DNA of 64,000 nt from Rhizodiscina lignyota (taxonomy: Eukaryota): contig ML978121.1 in assembly GCA_010015805.1 (NCBI GenBank), positions 1,860,001-1,924,000 on the forward strand, in the 5' to 3' direction. This document shows, piece after piece, positions 36,114 through 48,624 of the stretch (the first letter of the stretch is position 1; every line of letters begins with the position of its first letter). Below the pieces are notes generated by a model, which made no database searches, was not told where the DNA came from, and was given only the letters and a program-made list of their open reading frames with translations. Both the position numbers and the translations under genes were made by a program.

Positions 36114-37421
36114 ATGGCTTTCGTTCCTAGAGGTCGTGGTGGAGGAGGCCAAAGGGGCGGCTTTGGTGGTGAGTTTCCCTGGAGACTTTCATCTGAAACC
36201 AATCTGATTTGACTTTTAGCAGGTCGAGGAGGAGGTCGAGGAGGCTCGCGTGGTTCGTATTTCCTTTCTGCATCTCGCCCTTCACATTCACTCGATCCCT
36301 ATCCACAACGACGCAACCGAGCGCACGAATCGAAGAACAATATTAGCGATATCTAGATGAACCAATCCTGCGCAAGCGTTACTCATGCTAACGTTTACCA
36401 GGTGGCTTCGGAGGTGGCTTCGGCGGCGGCCGTGGTGGCGATCGAGGCCGAGGGCGCGGAGGACGTGGTATGTCAAGCCGTGGTGACCGTGGCCGTGGAG
36501 GTGGGAGAGGTGGAGGTGGACGAGGCGGTGCGCGCGGTGGCGCGAGCGGTGGCCAGAGATATGTCATTGTCTGAACTCCCATGTACAGCGGCTTGCATTG
36601 AACAGATCCTCACCTTTTGTTCACAGGATCCACACAGACACAAGGGTATTTTCGTCGCCCGAGGCAAGGAAGACTTGCTCGTCACGAAGAATTTCACTCC
36701 TGGCGAATCTGTCTATGGCGAGAAGCGCATTTCGATTCAGAACGATGTCGAGAAGGATGCCATGACGAACGGTGATGCCCCTGCACCTGCGACCTCAACT
36801 GAGTACCGCGTCTGGAACCCCTTCCGCTCCAAGCTGGCTGCTGGCATTCTCGGTGGCATTGAAAACACCTACATGGGGCCCGGCTCCAAGGTCCTCTATC
36901 TCGGTGCCGCATCTGGAACCTCCGTCTCTCACGTTGCTGACATAGTCGGCGAGAAGGGTGTTGTGTATGCCGTTGAGTTCTCTCATCGCTCTGGCCGTGA
37001 CCTGATCAACATGGCGACTCATCGCCCAAACGTCATCCCCATCATCGAGGACGCTAGGCATCCGCTTAGATACCGCATGCTTGTTTCGATGGTCGATTGT
37101 ATCTTCGCCGATGTTGCACAGCCAGATCAGGCGCGCATCGTGGCTCTTAACGCCCACATGTTCCTGAAGGAAGGCGGCGGAGTGATCATCAGCATCAAGG
37201 CGAACTGCATCGACAGCACCAGGCCGGCTGCGGAAGTCTTCGCTTTAGAGGTCGGCAAGATGAAGCAGGAGATGATAAAGCCGAAGGAGCAGCTTACCCT
37301 CGAACCGTTCGAAAGGGACCATGCTATGGTAAGACGCAGTGTATCTTTGGATTGGCCATAACATCGTACTGACACCAGCTAGGTTGTTGGCATCTACTCG
37401 AGAGCGGGCTCCAAGAAGTGA
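36114..37421 (+). CDS. NOP1: Fibrillarin, rRNA 2'-O-methyltransferase; introns 36169-36222, 36253-36401, 36569-36626, 37329-37382
   Basis: GAR (RGG) N-terminus; [52 protein letters not shown] and [13 protein letters not shown]. Confidence 0.95.
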
Positions 37422-38217
37422 ACAAGTACAGCATTGTCAGGAACCGTTGTGGAGACGACGATGCCCTCCACATCATCCTCCCGTTCTTCCCGGTAACCAG
37501 GTCATGGCGTAAAATGGTGTAATAATGGACCTGAGGTGGCTTTTTCTCTTTTCGATTTGGGATTCCAGGCTACTGTTCAAATTTGGACAGTCAAGTCATG
37601 TTCTGGGCATCGAGGAAGGATTCTGAATTTTCTGCAACTTCAAAGAGCAGTAACGAATTGTGACCGCTCTATGAAAGGGGGCTCGCAGCCCAGGATGATT
37701 CCATTCTCGTGTCTAAATCATGAACAATTCACAGATTCTCTCTACTTGTCTTCTCTTTCAGGACTTGTCCTCGTGCTGAACTGACAAAGAAGCAGTGACT
37801 CGCAGGCTTCCTTTGTAGCCTCCAAAGCGCCAACACGAGTCGCTTTGCTCCAGTCTGATGAATTTCTTTGTCCCTGGAAATTAACACTCTCGTCAACCTT
37901 GACTTCTAGAGAACTGTCGCCGGGATCTCTCATCCCAAGTCGCATCTCTCAGTTCCGTTCGCGCGATTTCGGGTTTACGTTCGTTACTTGTCACTCATTT
38001 CAACAAGCTCAGCATTGGGTTCTGCGCTGGATTCGCAGCTCCACGATATTCATTCACGACATCTGTTTCGACTTCAGCATTGTCATACGTAGTTCACCAC
38101 AACGTCACCCCGGTCTCATCTCATATATTCCCTCTCTTCAATCCCATAACCTCTTACCCCTACCCCTACCCGTTTCAACCAGACGAACCGCTTCACCGGC
38201 CCGCCCACGCAACAAAC

Positions 38218-38835
38218 ATGGCGCCCCAACTCCTCACCGCGACCGGCTCGGCCCCTACATCGCCTCCAGCTATAGCAACAACCTCCCTCTTCCCCTCCTC
38301 GGCGTCCGCCGTGCCCGACTCCAGCAGCACCGCCGACGCCTCCCCGCTGAACTCGGCGTCCAGCGCGATCGCCTCGCCCGCCGTCATCCGCACCGTCGCC
38401 ATCATCGTGACCGTCTTCACCGCCATCCTGCTCGCGCTGTGCATCTTCCTGTGCTGCTACCGCGACGGCGACCGCCGCGCGCGCTTCTGTGCCTGCTTCG
38501 GCTTCAAGCGACGTAGCCCGAAGGCGCCGCGCACGCCGCCGAAGCTCCACGGGCAGTGGGTCGGCGGCGCGGGGGAGCGAGACTTCGAGATGAGCGGGGC
38601 GCTGCAGACGAGTCCGGTGAGGGCTGGCTCGGCGGGGCCGTTGAGGTCGCCGGGGCCGTTGAGGAGTCCGAGGAAGAGTCCGCTTAGGGAGGGGTGGGTG
38701 CCGATGGAGGATGAGGAGGAGGAGGGAGGGAGCAAAGGGGAGACAGCGTCGAGTAACAAGATACCGAGGAAGCCGACGCCGAGTACATTTAGGGATGCAG
38801 TGAGAAAGGCTCGCGGGGAGAGCGGGTTCTTTTGA
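38218..38835 (+). CDS. Hypothetical single-pass membrane protein (Ser/Thr-rich N-terminus, TM helix, Cys-rich juxtamembrane region)
   Basis: GC3-rich ORF with ATG in an AAAC context; TM segment TVAIIVTVFTAILLALCIFLCC. Confidence 0.65.
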   Translation: MAPQLLTATGSAPTSPPAIATTSLFPSSASAVPDSSSTADASPLNSASSAIASPAVIRTVAIIVTVFTAILLALCIFLCCYRDGDRRARFCACFGFKRRSPKAPRTPPKLHGQWVGGAGERDFEMSGALQTSPVRAGSAGPLRSPGPLRSPRKSPLREGWVPMEDEEEEGGSKGETASSNKIPRKPTPSTFRDAVRKARGESGFF

Positions 38836-39350
38836 GCGAGGCCATGTTAGATATTGCGATTATTCGAGGGAAGTCAAAAGCCTAAAACGGGATTGTCAAC
38901 TCCCATGTTCATAGAGTCAATGAAAGCGCAGCGGACTTTGTCAAGGGCTTATGATACTTCTATTTTGCATTTGTTCCCGAACCCTTCGCCTTCCAATGAA
39001 AGTGAAAGCCCAGTTCGTATAAAGTATGTATTGTCGATTGAAAAGAGAAGCTGTTGCCAGGAGTTCATGACGGACACGCGTCGTCGCCGAAAACACCGCA
39101 GTAACAGCAGTCAATAGTAGCATCAACTGCGAAGAAAGTATTTCCTCCTCCCTTCCCTTTCCTTCCTTCGTTCCTTCCAACCCTAACTGCCCGAACAGGA
39201 TGACACAAGAAAAGTGGAAAGAAAAAAGTGAAAATCCAGGGGTATCCCATTCCATCTCAGCGCACCGTTTTTTGTTTGACGTTATGTGACCTTGGCATGA
39301 ACATCTCCATCGCAACCATAAACATGCATGCATGCAACCAACTTCTTCCC

Positions 39351-41830
39351 TCATCTGAACCTCGCGGTGCAGCGACCCATGACCTCACCCTGGCACACCA
39401 GCTCGGCGTTGAACTCGCTTCCGTCGAGCGTGAGGTAGATGTCGAAGTAGACGCGGTAGAACGTGCCCTGCGGGGTATCCATGCGCTCAAAGTCCTTCTC
39501 AAGGTTCTTGCGCGAGAGATCGCTCGTGAGCGTGACGACTTCCTTGATGCCTGTAACAAGCCATTAGCGCCACTCTGTTCCCAGCCTTGGTAATCATAAA
39601 CTTACGAGGATCCTTGGTATACTCCGGGCAGACATCATCATCGCACGCGTACAGGATATCCTCGTACATCAGCGTTGCGCCAGGCGCGACCTGCCGGAAG
39701 AACGAGACCTTGACGGGCTCGCCAATCTTGACCCTCTGGCCTTTCTGCACGAAGATCTGGCGCGTGTACTTGCAACGATCTTTGCCATCCAAACTCGGCA
39801 CACGGTACTGCTCCGGATGGTGACCCTCCTTGAATGGCTGTAACGTTGCCATGAGGTAGTGGCGACGCGCGACACGGTGCGTGACGATACGCTCTGTGAT
39901 ACCAGCGGTGACGGCACCCTTGACAATAGCGGCGACAGAGTCCATGGGACGGACGACCTTGGCTTGGAATTGGGGAGGGACGTGGAGCTTGATCTGCTGG
40001 AAGAGGTATTCGGAGGCACCGAAGCCACCAACAACAAGGACGTTCTGCAAGCCGACGTTAATGTGATGTTCCACAGCGTCATGAAAATGCTGTGCTTACC
40101 TGAAGTGATCGGTTCTGTGCCTGAATAGCGATGATCTGGTTCCTCACGAGCTCCAATATCCTGTTCACCACAGGCTCGAAGCACTGCAGGATTTCCTCGT
40201 TCGTGAAGGTCATGTAGCCTTCCTCAATGCCCGCCTCTGGGAACTCTGCCTCAATGCCGACATCGACGGCCCACTTCTGGCCGTTGTTTCGGAAATCGGC
40301 CTTTATCCTGTTCTCAAAGTCCATGATGCACTTGGCATAGACCTTGCCGGCCGTTCTCGAGCCATCAGGCAGCTTCATCTTGCGGATCTTGGCACGGAGG
40401 ATGTTGCTGAAGTTTCGGTTCAGGGCAGTCGAGCCGCACGAGTCACCAGAACCAGCAGTACATTCAGCAACGGAGAAGGGCTGCTCTTCCTCAACTTCGT
40501 AGGCAATCAAGTCAACCGTGCCGCCTCCACAATCGACGATGAGAACGGCATCGTGGATCTTGAGGTTCAGAAGGCCAGTCTTCGAGCAGAACATGGCAGC
40601 GGCTTCGGGCTCGGTAATCAGCGTCAGACGGTTGTCGTTCTCATCACGCAGGAAGCCAGCCTGGATGGCAGCCGAACGGGTCGCAGCCTTGGCGGCATCG
40701 TTCCAGATAGCTGGAACAGTAAGGTAGTACCTGATGTTTCGCTCTTCGCGGTTGAACACTTCTCCGAGAGTCTTCTGCAGCTGGTTGCGCATCGCCTGGC
40801 GGAGGTGGAAGAGGTAGTCTGCGGCGACGTCGATTTCGGACTTGCCAGGAGGAAGAGGAGGCAGGTTGATCGGGTCGATGTAGGTGTTTCCGGAGAGCAT
40901 CAGCTGGAGCTTGAACCACTCCACTTTCTGCACGCCAGCCTTGGGATAGCCAGTTGGGGCCAGCGCATCAGCGATATCTGGGCCCCATCCCACGACCTTC
41001 TGGTACTGATCGTAGTAGAGAACCGTTGGAATCTGTATAGCCAACCTAGAGTTTAGTAAAACATGTCCTGATTCAAGAAATGGAAAGATCTGACCTTCTG
41101 CTTCGTCTGATTTCCCGCGCCAGGCCACTCCGTGATGATATCTTCCTTCGCTTCAGTGTTTGTAGCAAACGCAAACGCCACGCCAGAGAAAGTCGTGCCC
41201 TATAATTCGATCTTGTTAGAACCCTTCTGCCCTCACCGTCTCCCAAGCTCGACTTACAAAATCTATGCCAACAATCAACTGCGCCTTCGATCTGCCCGCG
41301 CCTTCAACTTCCACAGCTCCAGGCCTCGTGTAAGACTGCGGTCCCTGCGGCGCGCCACCGTATCCGCCATACTGGCCTTGCGCCTGCGGTGGGTAGCCAG
41401 GCGGGCCCTGAGGCTGCTGGCCGTACACCTGCTGCTGCTGCTGCGGCGGATAGTGCTGCTGAGCACCGGTGTTTATGGGCGGAGGCATTGGGCTCGTTGG
41501 TCTACCGTGCGCTGCTGGCGGGGTGCCGAGCTGTCCTCCTTGACCTGGTGGAGCGTAGGTGTAACTCGGAGGGCGGCCGAGGGGATTGTTGGGGTTTTGC
41601 ATGTTATTCTGGGGCAGCGAGGCGGTGGAGGAGTTTGTGTGGGCGGGCGGGGTGAGGCCGGAGGGCGAGTTGGTGGAGGGAGGAGGTGGGCTGGAGGCCT
41701 GCACCGGTGAGCCAGTGCCTGTGGAGCCGGTGGTGCTGGTGATGCTGTTGTTGGCGCCGCCGACTTGGTTGGAGGACTTGCGTCTGGAGGAACCGACGAG
41801 ACCTTTCAAACGACTGTTGAAGGTGGACAT
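39351..41830 (-). CDS. Atypical Hsp70-family (HSPA12-like) actin-fold ATPase with a Pro/Gln-rich N-terminus; 4 introns
   Basis: LIVGIDF-GTTFSGVAFA, YYLTVPAIWND, LITEPEAAA, IVDCGGGTVDL and VLVVGGFGASEYL; ends GRCTARFR*. Confidence 0.9.
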
Positions 41831-43030
41831 CGAAAGATGGGCGGAGGGGAGAGAGAGCGGAGGGGAGGGTAGTGGTGGTAGAAAATGAGAGGGTCTTGTA
41901 AGCCCAAGACGGATACGAAGGTGGCCGGCCTTGCTGCGTGCTGCGGCTGAAGTCGACTCAGCCCAATGGCCTGGCGAGGATGCGGCTGCTGCGAGAGACG
42001 AGAGGCAGGGCAGGATAGAAGGCCGACGGCGGAGATGACAGAGGGGAGCAAGAGGGAGGAAGTTGGCTGCCGGCGGTCATCAGCAGCAATTGAAATTCCG
42101 GGGTGGTGGTGCGCTGGTGCTTCTGCTCTCCGCGCGTGCGGTGCGCAGAGCTGCTCAGTGCTCAAAGTGTCAGTTGACGAGCTCGGGCGCTGCTTCACAC
42201 GCTGGAAACAGAAATAGATATCAGAGAGGGTGTTTGGCGCAGAGAGTGGGACGAGCGGGTGTCGTCTGCTGGAAGTGCAGAGACGCGCAGGCAATGGGCT
42301 GGAAGCGCCAGACGGAGTAATATAAGACGTGTCTCTCGTCTACGATGAAGCTACCTGATCAACGCAACATGTGCCCTGCCTTGCTCCGCTCTCTCGCGTG
42401 GCAGCAGCACTCAAGCCACCCCATCTCCACGCACTCGCCAGCCCAGGATGCTTCCCGTAGCGCCCTCCCGAACCATCGCAGCAAGGCGCAGCACCGAACT
42501 TCACTCGCGTTTCCATCTACAGAGCGTCACTACACAGAACCTCGCATTCTAATCCGCAAAGGACTTGGCACGTGCTTGAATGTCAAATCTATTCATTGCG
42601 TGTCGAGCGTGCGATGGCCTGTCTCTCAGCCTCGCCGCCGCCTCGGCCTCGTAGAGGGCAAAGCTAACGCTACCTTTAAACAAAAGTGGTATCTTATCTG
42701 TCGTATTCCAAATAGACCCAGACGACCAGAATGACAGAAAACAGAATATGATCCCCCAGAAAACCCAATGAACCGGGCCCATGTGTTCGCTTGATGCATC
42801 CCAGTGAACCTCTAGTTCGACGCTGCGCCTGCCCATGCGTGTACCTTTCTTCCCTTCTACATGCATCCCTATGCCGCCGGGCGGCCAAAAGGTAATGAAA
42901 AGCGGAAAGCACCCGATAGAATCGAAAATGTACAACCTGGTGGCGGCGGAGAAAGAAAATATGAACAATCCGCTCACCACCCTTCCTTTGTTCCCTTCGT
43001 CTCGAACCTCTCGACCTTTCACCTCGCACC

Positions 43031-45439
43031 TCACGAGAGGTCTGGGGGCGTCCACAGCGCAATCGTTGCGCAGAAGTTGCTCCTATTGTCCTCGTCCGGC
43101 ACCAGGTTCAGGCTGGAGTACTTGCCCGTCGCGTTGCCGCCGACGCCGACCGCGCTCGTGACCATGTTGACGCTGGCCTTGGTGCTCAGACCGAACAGGT
43201 TCAGGTTCGAGATGCTGCCCTCCATGCTAACCATGTTCGCCTGGCAGTTCTGCCCGGCGACGCACGTCTGGTCGTAGTTGTCGAAGAAGCTGTACAGGCC
43301 GGCGCCGTAGATGAGGACGTCGCTGCTGTCGACGACGCGGAGGCCCCACGCCTTCTCGCACGTCTTGTCGCCCTGGCAGTTCTCGAAGGTCGGGTCGCCG
43401 CGCGCCGCCTGCACCTTGAAGGGTGTGGTGGCGATCGGGTTGGACTGGAAGTAGGGTGTCTCGGTCTGGATGAGACCCATGAAGACGTTCTTCGCCCCGT
43501 TGAGCTGGTAGTTGTACAGCACGCTGTGCTCTGCCGACGTACCGTACATCCACACTGCACCCTGCGACTCGATGAGTACGCCGCGTCCGTTGTAGATGTC
43601 AATCTGGTTGTGGTCGGAGAGATCCAGCTCGTGGTCGGCCACCCAGAACCACGAGTTCTCGAGGTAGACGGAGGAAGTGTTGGTGGCGTGGAAGAGTAGG
43701 AATGCGCCCTCGCACTTGGTGTTGACGGTGCTGTGGTCAGACTTGGGAGACTTGGAGCAAGTGTCAGACTGGAGCTGAGAGCCAGCATAACCGCCAACGC
43801 GGAAATGGACATCCCAGATGCCGTTTGTACCAGCTTCACCTCCCAGGTTCCAGCGCATGAGAGTGGCGCCAGGTGCTGGGCCAGCAACGCCGAAGATCAT
43901 GTCAGACATCTCTACGGCACCTTCCTGGCCTTCCTCGCCGACATCGAAGAGCGCCTTTGGATTGGTCTGGTCCGCGAAGTACTCGCCAGAAGCAAGGATG
44001 AGCGGCCAGATCTCACCAGTCATCTTGATCTTCGATGGAACCATGATGGAGCGCGTAATAAGGTAGGCGCCGTGGTCGAAGTACAAGATCTGGTCAGGCT
44101 GGATGCTGTTCATCGCTGCCTGGATAGCGGCCGTGTCGTCGGTTGTGCCGTCGCCCTTTGCGCCCTTGGACTTGACGCTGATGAAGGAGCTGCTTGGGAC
44201 GTTCTCGTATTGGGGCTTCGAGCGCTCAAAGATGGCGCCGGAAGAGCCCATCAAAGCCTGCGGCTTGTTTGGAGGGGTCAGGTTTCCACGGACACTCGTA
44301 CCAGCAGTCGCTCCAGAATATGTCTTGCCCTGGTACCACGACTTGACGATAGAGCCTCCCGCAAGAACGGAAGTGCCTGTGTAGTCTTGCACGGCAGTCG
44401 TAGAGCCGGTGAAGTCGACGTTGTCCAAAATGAGAGTGCCACCAGAGGTTGGTGTATTATCGGATGTGGAGAACGACGTGTTGACACCAATTGGGGTATT
44501 GGTGAGTTTGCTATCGAGAAGCATAAGGGATCCAACAGTCTGGTTAAGTGACTTGCCAGCAGTTGACAGGGCGCCAGTCGCCATATCAATGCCGACCTTG
44601 CAGTTGTTGATGCTAACAGACTTGAACGTCCACGCCCAGTTCCAGTTCATGAAGATGGCAGTGTTGCAATCGTTGAATGTAAGATTGCGAGTAGTGAACT
44701 GCTGGTTTCCAAGGAACGCTCCGTAGTTACCGCCGTTGAACGTCAAATCAGTCATCCAACCGCCAGATCCATTGTCCATGAAGATGCCTTGCTGCTTGTT
44801 GTTGTCGCCACCCTTGACCATCTCGAAGCGGATGTTCTGCAGGCTTGTAGCTTGCGCAACTTGCCAATGGATACCAGCGCCGGCTGTCGCAGGCATTCCG
44901 GTGAGGTCGATGACGAAATTGCGGACTTGACGGAAGAAGTTGTTCTGATTCGTGAACCAGTTGGATCCATCGTCGTTGTACGGGTCAGCATCAATGACGG
45001 CCATGCCCTGGAACGAGGCAGTGGCCTTCAGAACTGGAATGTCGATCGCATCGCCAACGAACTGGGTGTAGTAGTACTGGATGATCGGCTTGCTAACCAT
45101 GTAGGTTCCCGGAGGGAAGTAGACGAGAGCGGGAGTCACAGTGGAAGAGTCACAGCCTTTTCCACAGCGATTGCCATCACTGATGGCCGAGTTAATGGCG
45201 GTGGTGTCGTCAGTAGAGCCATCGCCCTTGGCACCATAGTCCTTCACGTTGCGGAAGACCTTGTAGCTGGCATCGCTACCAAAGGCAACTGTGCCTTGAC
45301 GCTTGATGTTGGCTAGCCAGTAGCTGCTGGAAGCAGTCTGCTGGTAGGTAACGCCTGTAGAGCCTTGAGGCGTAGGAGCAGCCGCAGTGAGGAGGGTTTG
45401 CAACGCTAAGACTAGCGTAAAGATGAAGCGGGAGCCCAT
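43031..45439 (-). CDS. Secreted exo-beta-1,3-glucanase, GH55 family
   Basis: Signal peptide; two GAKGDG.TDDT.AI beta-helix repeats; QNNFFRQVRNF, GIHWQVAQATSLQN, WFWVADH and QTETPYFQ; intronless, 802 aa. Confidence 0.95.
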   Translation of the reverse strand: MGSRFIFTLVLALQTLLTAAAPTPQGSTGVTYQQTASSSYWLANIKRQGTVAFGSDASYKVFRNVKDYGAKGDGSTDDTTAINSAISDGNRCGKGCDSSTVTPALVYFPPGTYMVSKPIIQYYYTQFVGDAIDIPVLKATASFQGMAVIDADPYNDDGSNWFTNQNNFFRQVRNFVIDLTGMPATAGAGIHWQVAQATSLQNIRFEMVKGGDNNKQQGIFMDNGSGGWMTDLTFNGGNYGAFLGNQQFTTRNLTFNDCNTAIFMNWNWAWTFKSVSINNCKVGIDMATGALSTAGKSLNQTVGSLMLLDSKLTNTPIGVNTSFSTSDNTPTSGGTLILDNVDFTGSTTAVQDYTGTSVLAGGSIVKSWYQGKTYSGATAGTSVRGNLTPPNKPQALMGSSGAIFERSKPQYENVPSSSFISVKSKGAKGDGTTDDTAAIQAAMNSIQPDQILYFDHGAYLITRSIMVPSKIKMTGEIWPLILASGEYFADQTNPKALFDVGEEGQEGAVEMSDMIFGVAGPAPGATLMRWNLGGEAGTNGIWDVHFRVGGYAGSQLQSDTCSKSPKSDHSTVNTKCEGAFLLFHATNTSSVYLENSWFWVADHELDLSDHNQIDIYNGRGVLIESQGAVWMYGTSAEHSVLYNYQLNGAKNVFMGLIQTETPYFQSNPIATTPFKVQAARGDPTFENCQGDKTCEKAWGLRVVDSSDVLIYGAGLYSFFDNYDQTCVAGQNCQANMVSMEGSISNLNLFGLSTKASVNMVTSAVGVGGNATGKYSSLNLVPDEDNRSNFCATIALWTPPDLS

Positions 45440-46993
45440 GATGAAGTCCTGACTTCGAGGGAAATGCGTTTAGAGAGTGCGGTGACTGAAAGTCGGTTTG
45501 CGGTCAGTGTTCCTGCGCTGACTTGGCTGATGAAGCTGCTGAAGGAGTTGGTGGGTTGGACTCGAAAAGGAGTGACAAGAACGTTGAAGAACGCTTATTG
45601 AATTTATGTAAGGAGCGAAATAGTGATGACGATTTTCGATGTTTGAAACAATGTGAAGGAGTGTTATTGTAACAATGAAGTGTTGAGCCCGGCAACAATG
45701 GAGAAAGCAAACGGCGAAAGGCCAACACCACGAGCAGTAGCGAGAAGGTAACGACAGCTATTCAGAAAGGGCGAAATCGCATATTCAAATACACAAGAGA
45801 CTTTTGCAGTACTCACCACGCGGATCCTTGTTTCATGTTTCCACAAGCTGCCCCACTGGGGGATGCCCCTTTGAGCGCTTGTCGCCGCTATTTTATATGC
45901 ATCTTTCATTCACGTATCTTACGTCGACCAGTCGATGGTCCCCAGCCTCTCGCTCGCCAGGTCATTCGCAAGGACAGGACATTTTGCAAAGTGGGTCATG
46001 GGCCGCGGCCGCATGAGCGGTATTAGAATCACATTGATGGTGTCGAATGCCACATCGTGGAGAAGGAAACACTCATCGCTGGCACGGCCGGCCCAGGGGC
46101 AGGCTGGGCGAGCAAGCGGAATGAATGAATGCCAGGGCTTGCGCTCTCCCAGCTTTGAGCATCGCAATGCAGGGGCGGGCACTGGCGGGCAACGCGCGGG
46201 AGCACGCAGAACAGCGTTTGAAACGAAACATCGGGCAGCAAGGGATGCTCGACGAGGTGGTTTGTAGAGGAAGTCATGTCGTTGAGGCTGACCTCTGGCT
46301 GAGCAGCGCTGGACTGGTAGGACTGGCGAATCGGAGCACGGGTGACAGCTGGCGCGTGCGCTCCTGAAACTTCCACACTGGGCTTTGCCGCGACATGAAT
46401 GGCTCTGGATGCAGATGACCTCTCCTCTAGCCGCTCCCTATCCAGATTAAATCGCAGAAGAAACAGCCTGATCTGTGGATCTGCTCGGCCCGTCCGGCTC
46501 GTGGCTTGCGCGCCTGTGAAGCGAGCAGGCTGGCGAGCCCTTGCCGATGGCGTGAAAGAATGCAACCCAGCCCATCGTGGCACGAAACATCTGGCATGTG
46601 CTGCGAATGCGTGAAGTGGGCAGCAGACACCCTCAGTGCTTGGGACGGTGTAGAGCAGTGTTCGACTTCGCTTGTGTGCTACGTGGCTAATGGCGCCTGA
46701 CAGAATACACTGTGGAGGTAAAACTAAACTTCTGCACGTTTGCACGTTCTAGCTCCTGTCGACGACAGAGATTTTCCTCGGCAAGCCGGGCGGACCTGGC
46801 CAAGTCCCGTTCAATATGCTTCTAGAGCCACTCACATGCTCTACTCCCCTTGTCTCGCTCTGCTTCAGGTCGCTCAGGGACTTGTATGTCGATCCTGCAC
46901 ATTTAACGGAGAATTAAGGGCAGCTACCTGACCATGCGGGAAATTCAGTCTCACTGCATCTTGACCACAGCCTTCTCGAATCGTGTCATTGAA

Positions 46994-48624
46994 TCACCAG
47001 TACCTGCTGATAGGGTCTTTCCCTTCTTGGTCATGCTCCGACTGCTGTCGCATCTTGCCAGCTGTACCGTCCTTGATCAGCGATTGAATCAACCTTCCCA
47101 GACGCTCCACTCCCGGCAGCAATTTGTCCACGTCTTCCCAGGCAAAGCATAGTCGTATGGAGTGCGCAAATACTGCATCGGACGTGTCGCCCGGCACTTG
47201 GAAGAGAGCACCTTCACCGATCAACAAATTCTCCTCCGTTCTGGCCGTCTCAGCGAGGACCGCTGCGTCGATGTGCGATGGAAGTGTCAGCCAGATGAAG
47301 TATCCACCGATCACTTCTCTATCGGACTGCACCAGCGTGAGGCCAAGCGGAAGGAGATGCTCCTCTACCGCAGTCATCATCGTGTGATAGCGAGCAGCGT
47401 AGGAAGGTTGGAGCACATCCAGTACGTACGACTGCAGCTCTCCAGTCGCGAGTATTTCCGCGACTGCTGCCGCTGTAAATTGGGATGGTGCGCCTCCAGA
47501 CCTCGAAGTGCCGACTTGCGAGCAGCCCCAAGCCATTTTCTCAGTTCCTTCAACCCATCCAGTCCTCAGGCCGGGCCCGGCTATCTTGCTGAAGCTACCG
47601 TTGCTGACGGCGTTGCCAAAACCATCTGCACCATCACGTAGGGCACCACCATCTAAGTTACTATCGATGTCGACCAGACGTGGCATTAAAGCCTTGTCGA
47701 GTTGCGCTTGCTTTGCGGTTCTGTCGGTAGACCACTGCAGCATGTCGTACACGTCATCAGTTATGACCAATGCGTCGAATTCGCGCGCCAATCGTACGAC
47801 TTCCTCGCGTCTTCTCATCGTCCAAGTCTTTGACGTTGGGTTTGAGAAGGTCGGAACCGCATAGAGTATGTGTCGATAGATCTTTGACCATGGCCGCGCA
47901 CGCTTGTGGACCTAGCCGCGCGTCAATCAAACCAAACATTGGAACCTCGAACATGAACGTTTAGTGATAAATGACGTGTCAAAGGCTCAACTTATTAGCG
48001 ATGCCGCATAATTCCAATAGTTCCATTCAATAAGTTCGGCTAGGTTTGAATTCTTAAGACCATTGCTGCGGCGGGGCGAGTTGAGCTCGTTTCAGGCGCT
48101 CTACGACTTACCGGCTCGTTGTTACCCTCTCTCTCCGCCCTTTCCTCGCTCTTGCGTAATTCTCTGCGGAGGAAATCAATGTCAATGCCTTCGTCGTCCT
48201 CGGGCACCGCTCTCATCTTGTCGTGAAAGCCATTGTCTTGGAACATGCGGAAAGCGAGGAAATAGGCCGGCGCAACAATCCAGATATTTCTGGTGTACAC
48301 CGGCTCTGTGAAGACTTGGAGGATGCATCCAAGGCTCTGAGACGCTCCTCCTGTGATGCATATCCTGTTGATAGCAACGTTTGATGGCTGGTAGAAGTCT
48401 GTTAGCCATTTCGCAAGCTCCTCTCTAAGCTTCAGATCGCCGTCGTCGGGTGCGTAGAGCAACGCAGGCTCTGCAATGGCATCGCTCGCGACAACTCTCT
48501 GAGTACCTCGCTTTACTAGCTCAACAGGCAGTAGAGAAGGATGGGGCCAGCCTCGCAGTAGATTTATGAGAGGCTTCTCGTCCTTCGGGGCACCCATCGT
48601 GAAAAGTCGTCGAAAGAGACGCAT
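46994..48624 (-). CDS. PLP-dependent class I/II aminotransferase (YER152C-like); intron 48111-47912; second ATG at 48597
   Basis: INLLRGWP, ITGGASQ, YAVPTFSNPT, ITDDVYD, SNGSFSKIAGPGLRTGW (PLP lysine) and IRLCFAWE. Confidence 0.9.

Noticed and set aside
36253..36401. Possible snoRNA in the longer NOP1 intron
   Set aside because: No convincing C/D boxes or H/ACA hairpin layout could be read.
43201..45316. Long antisense and alternative-frame ORFs over GH55 (similar ones over VPS60, RPL17 and the Hsp70-like gene)
   Set aside because: Shadow ORFs caused by high GC3 codon bias in the real genes.
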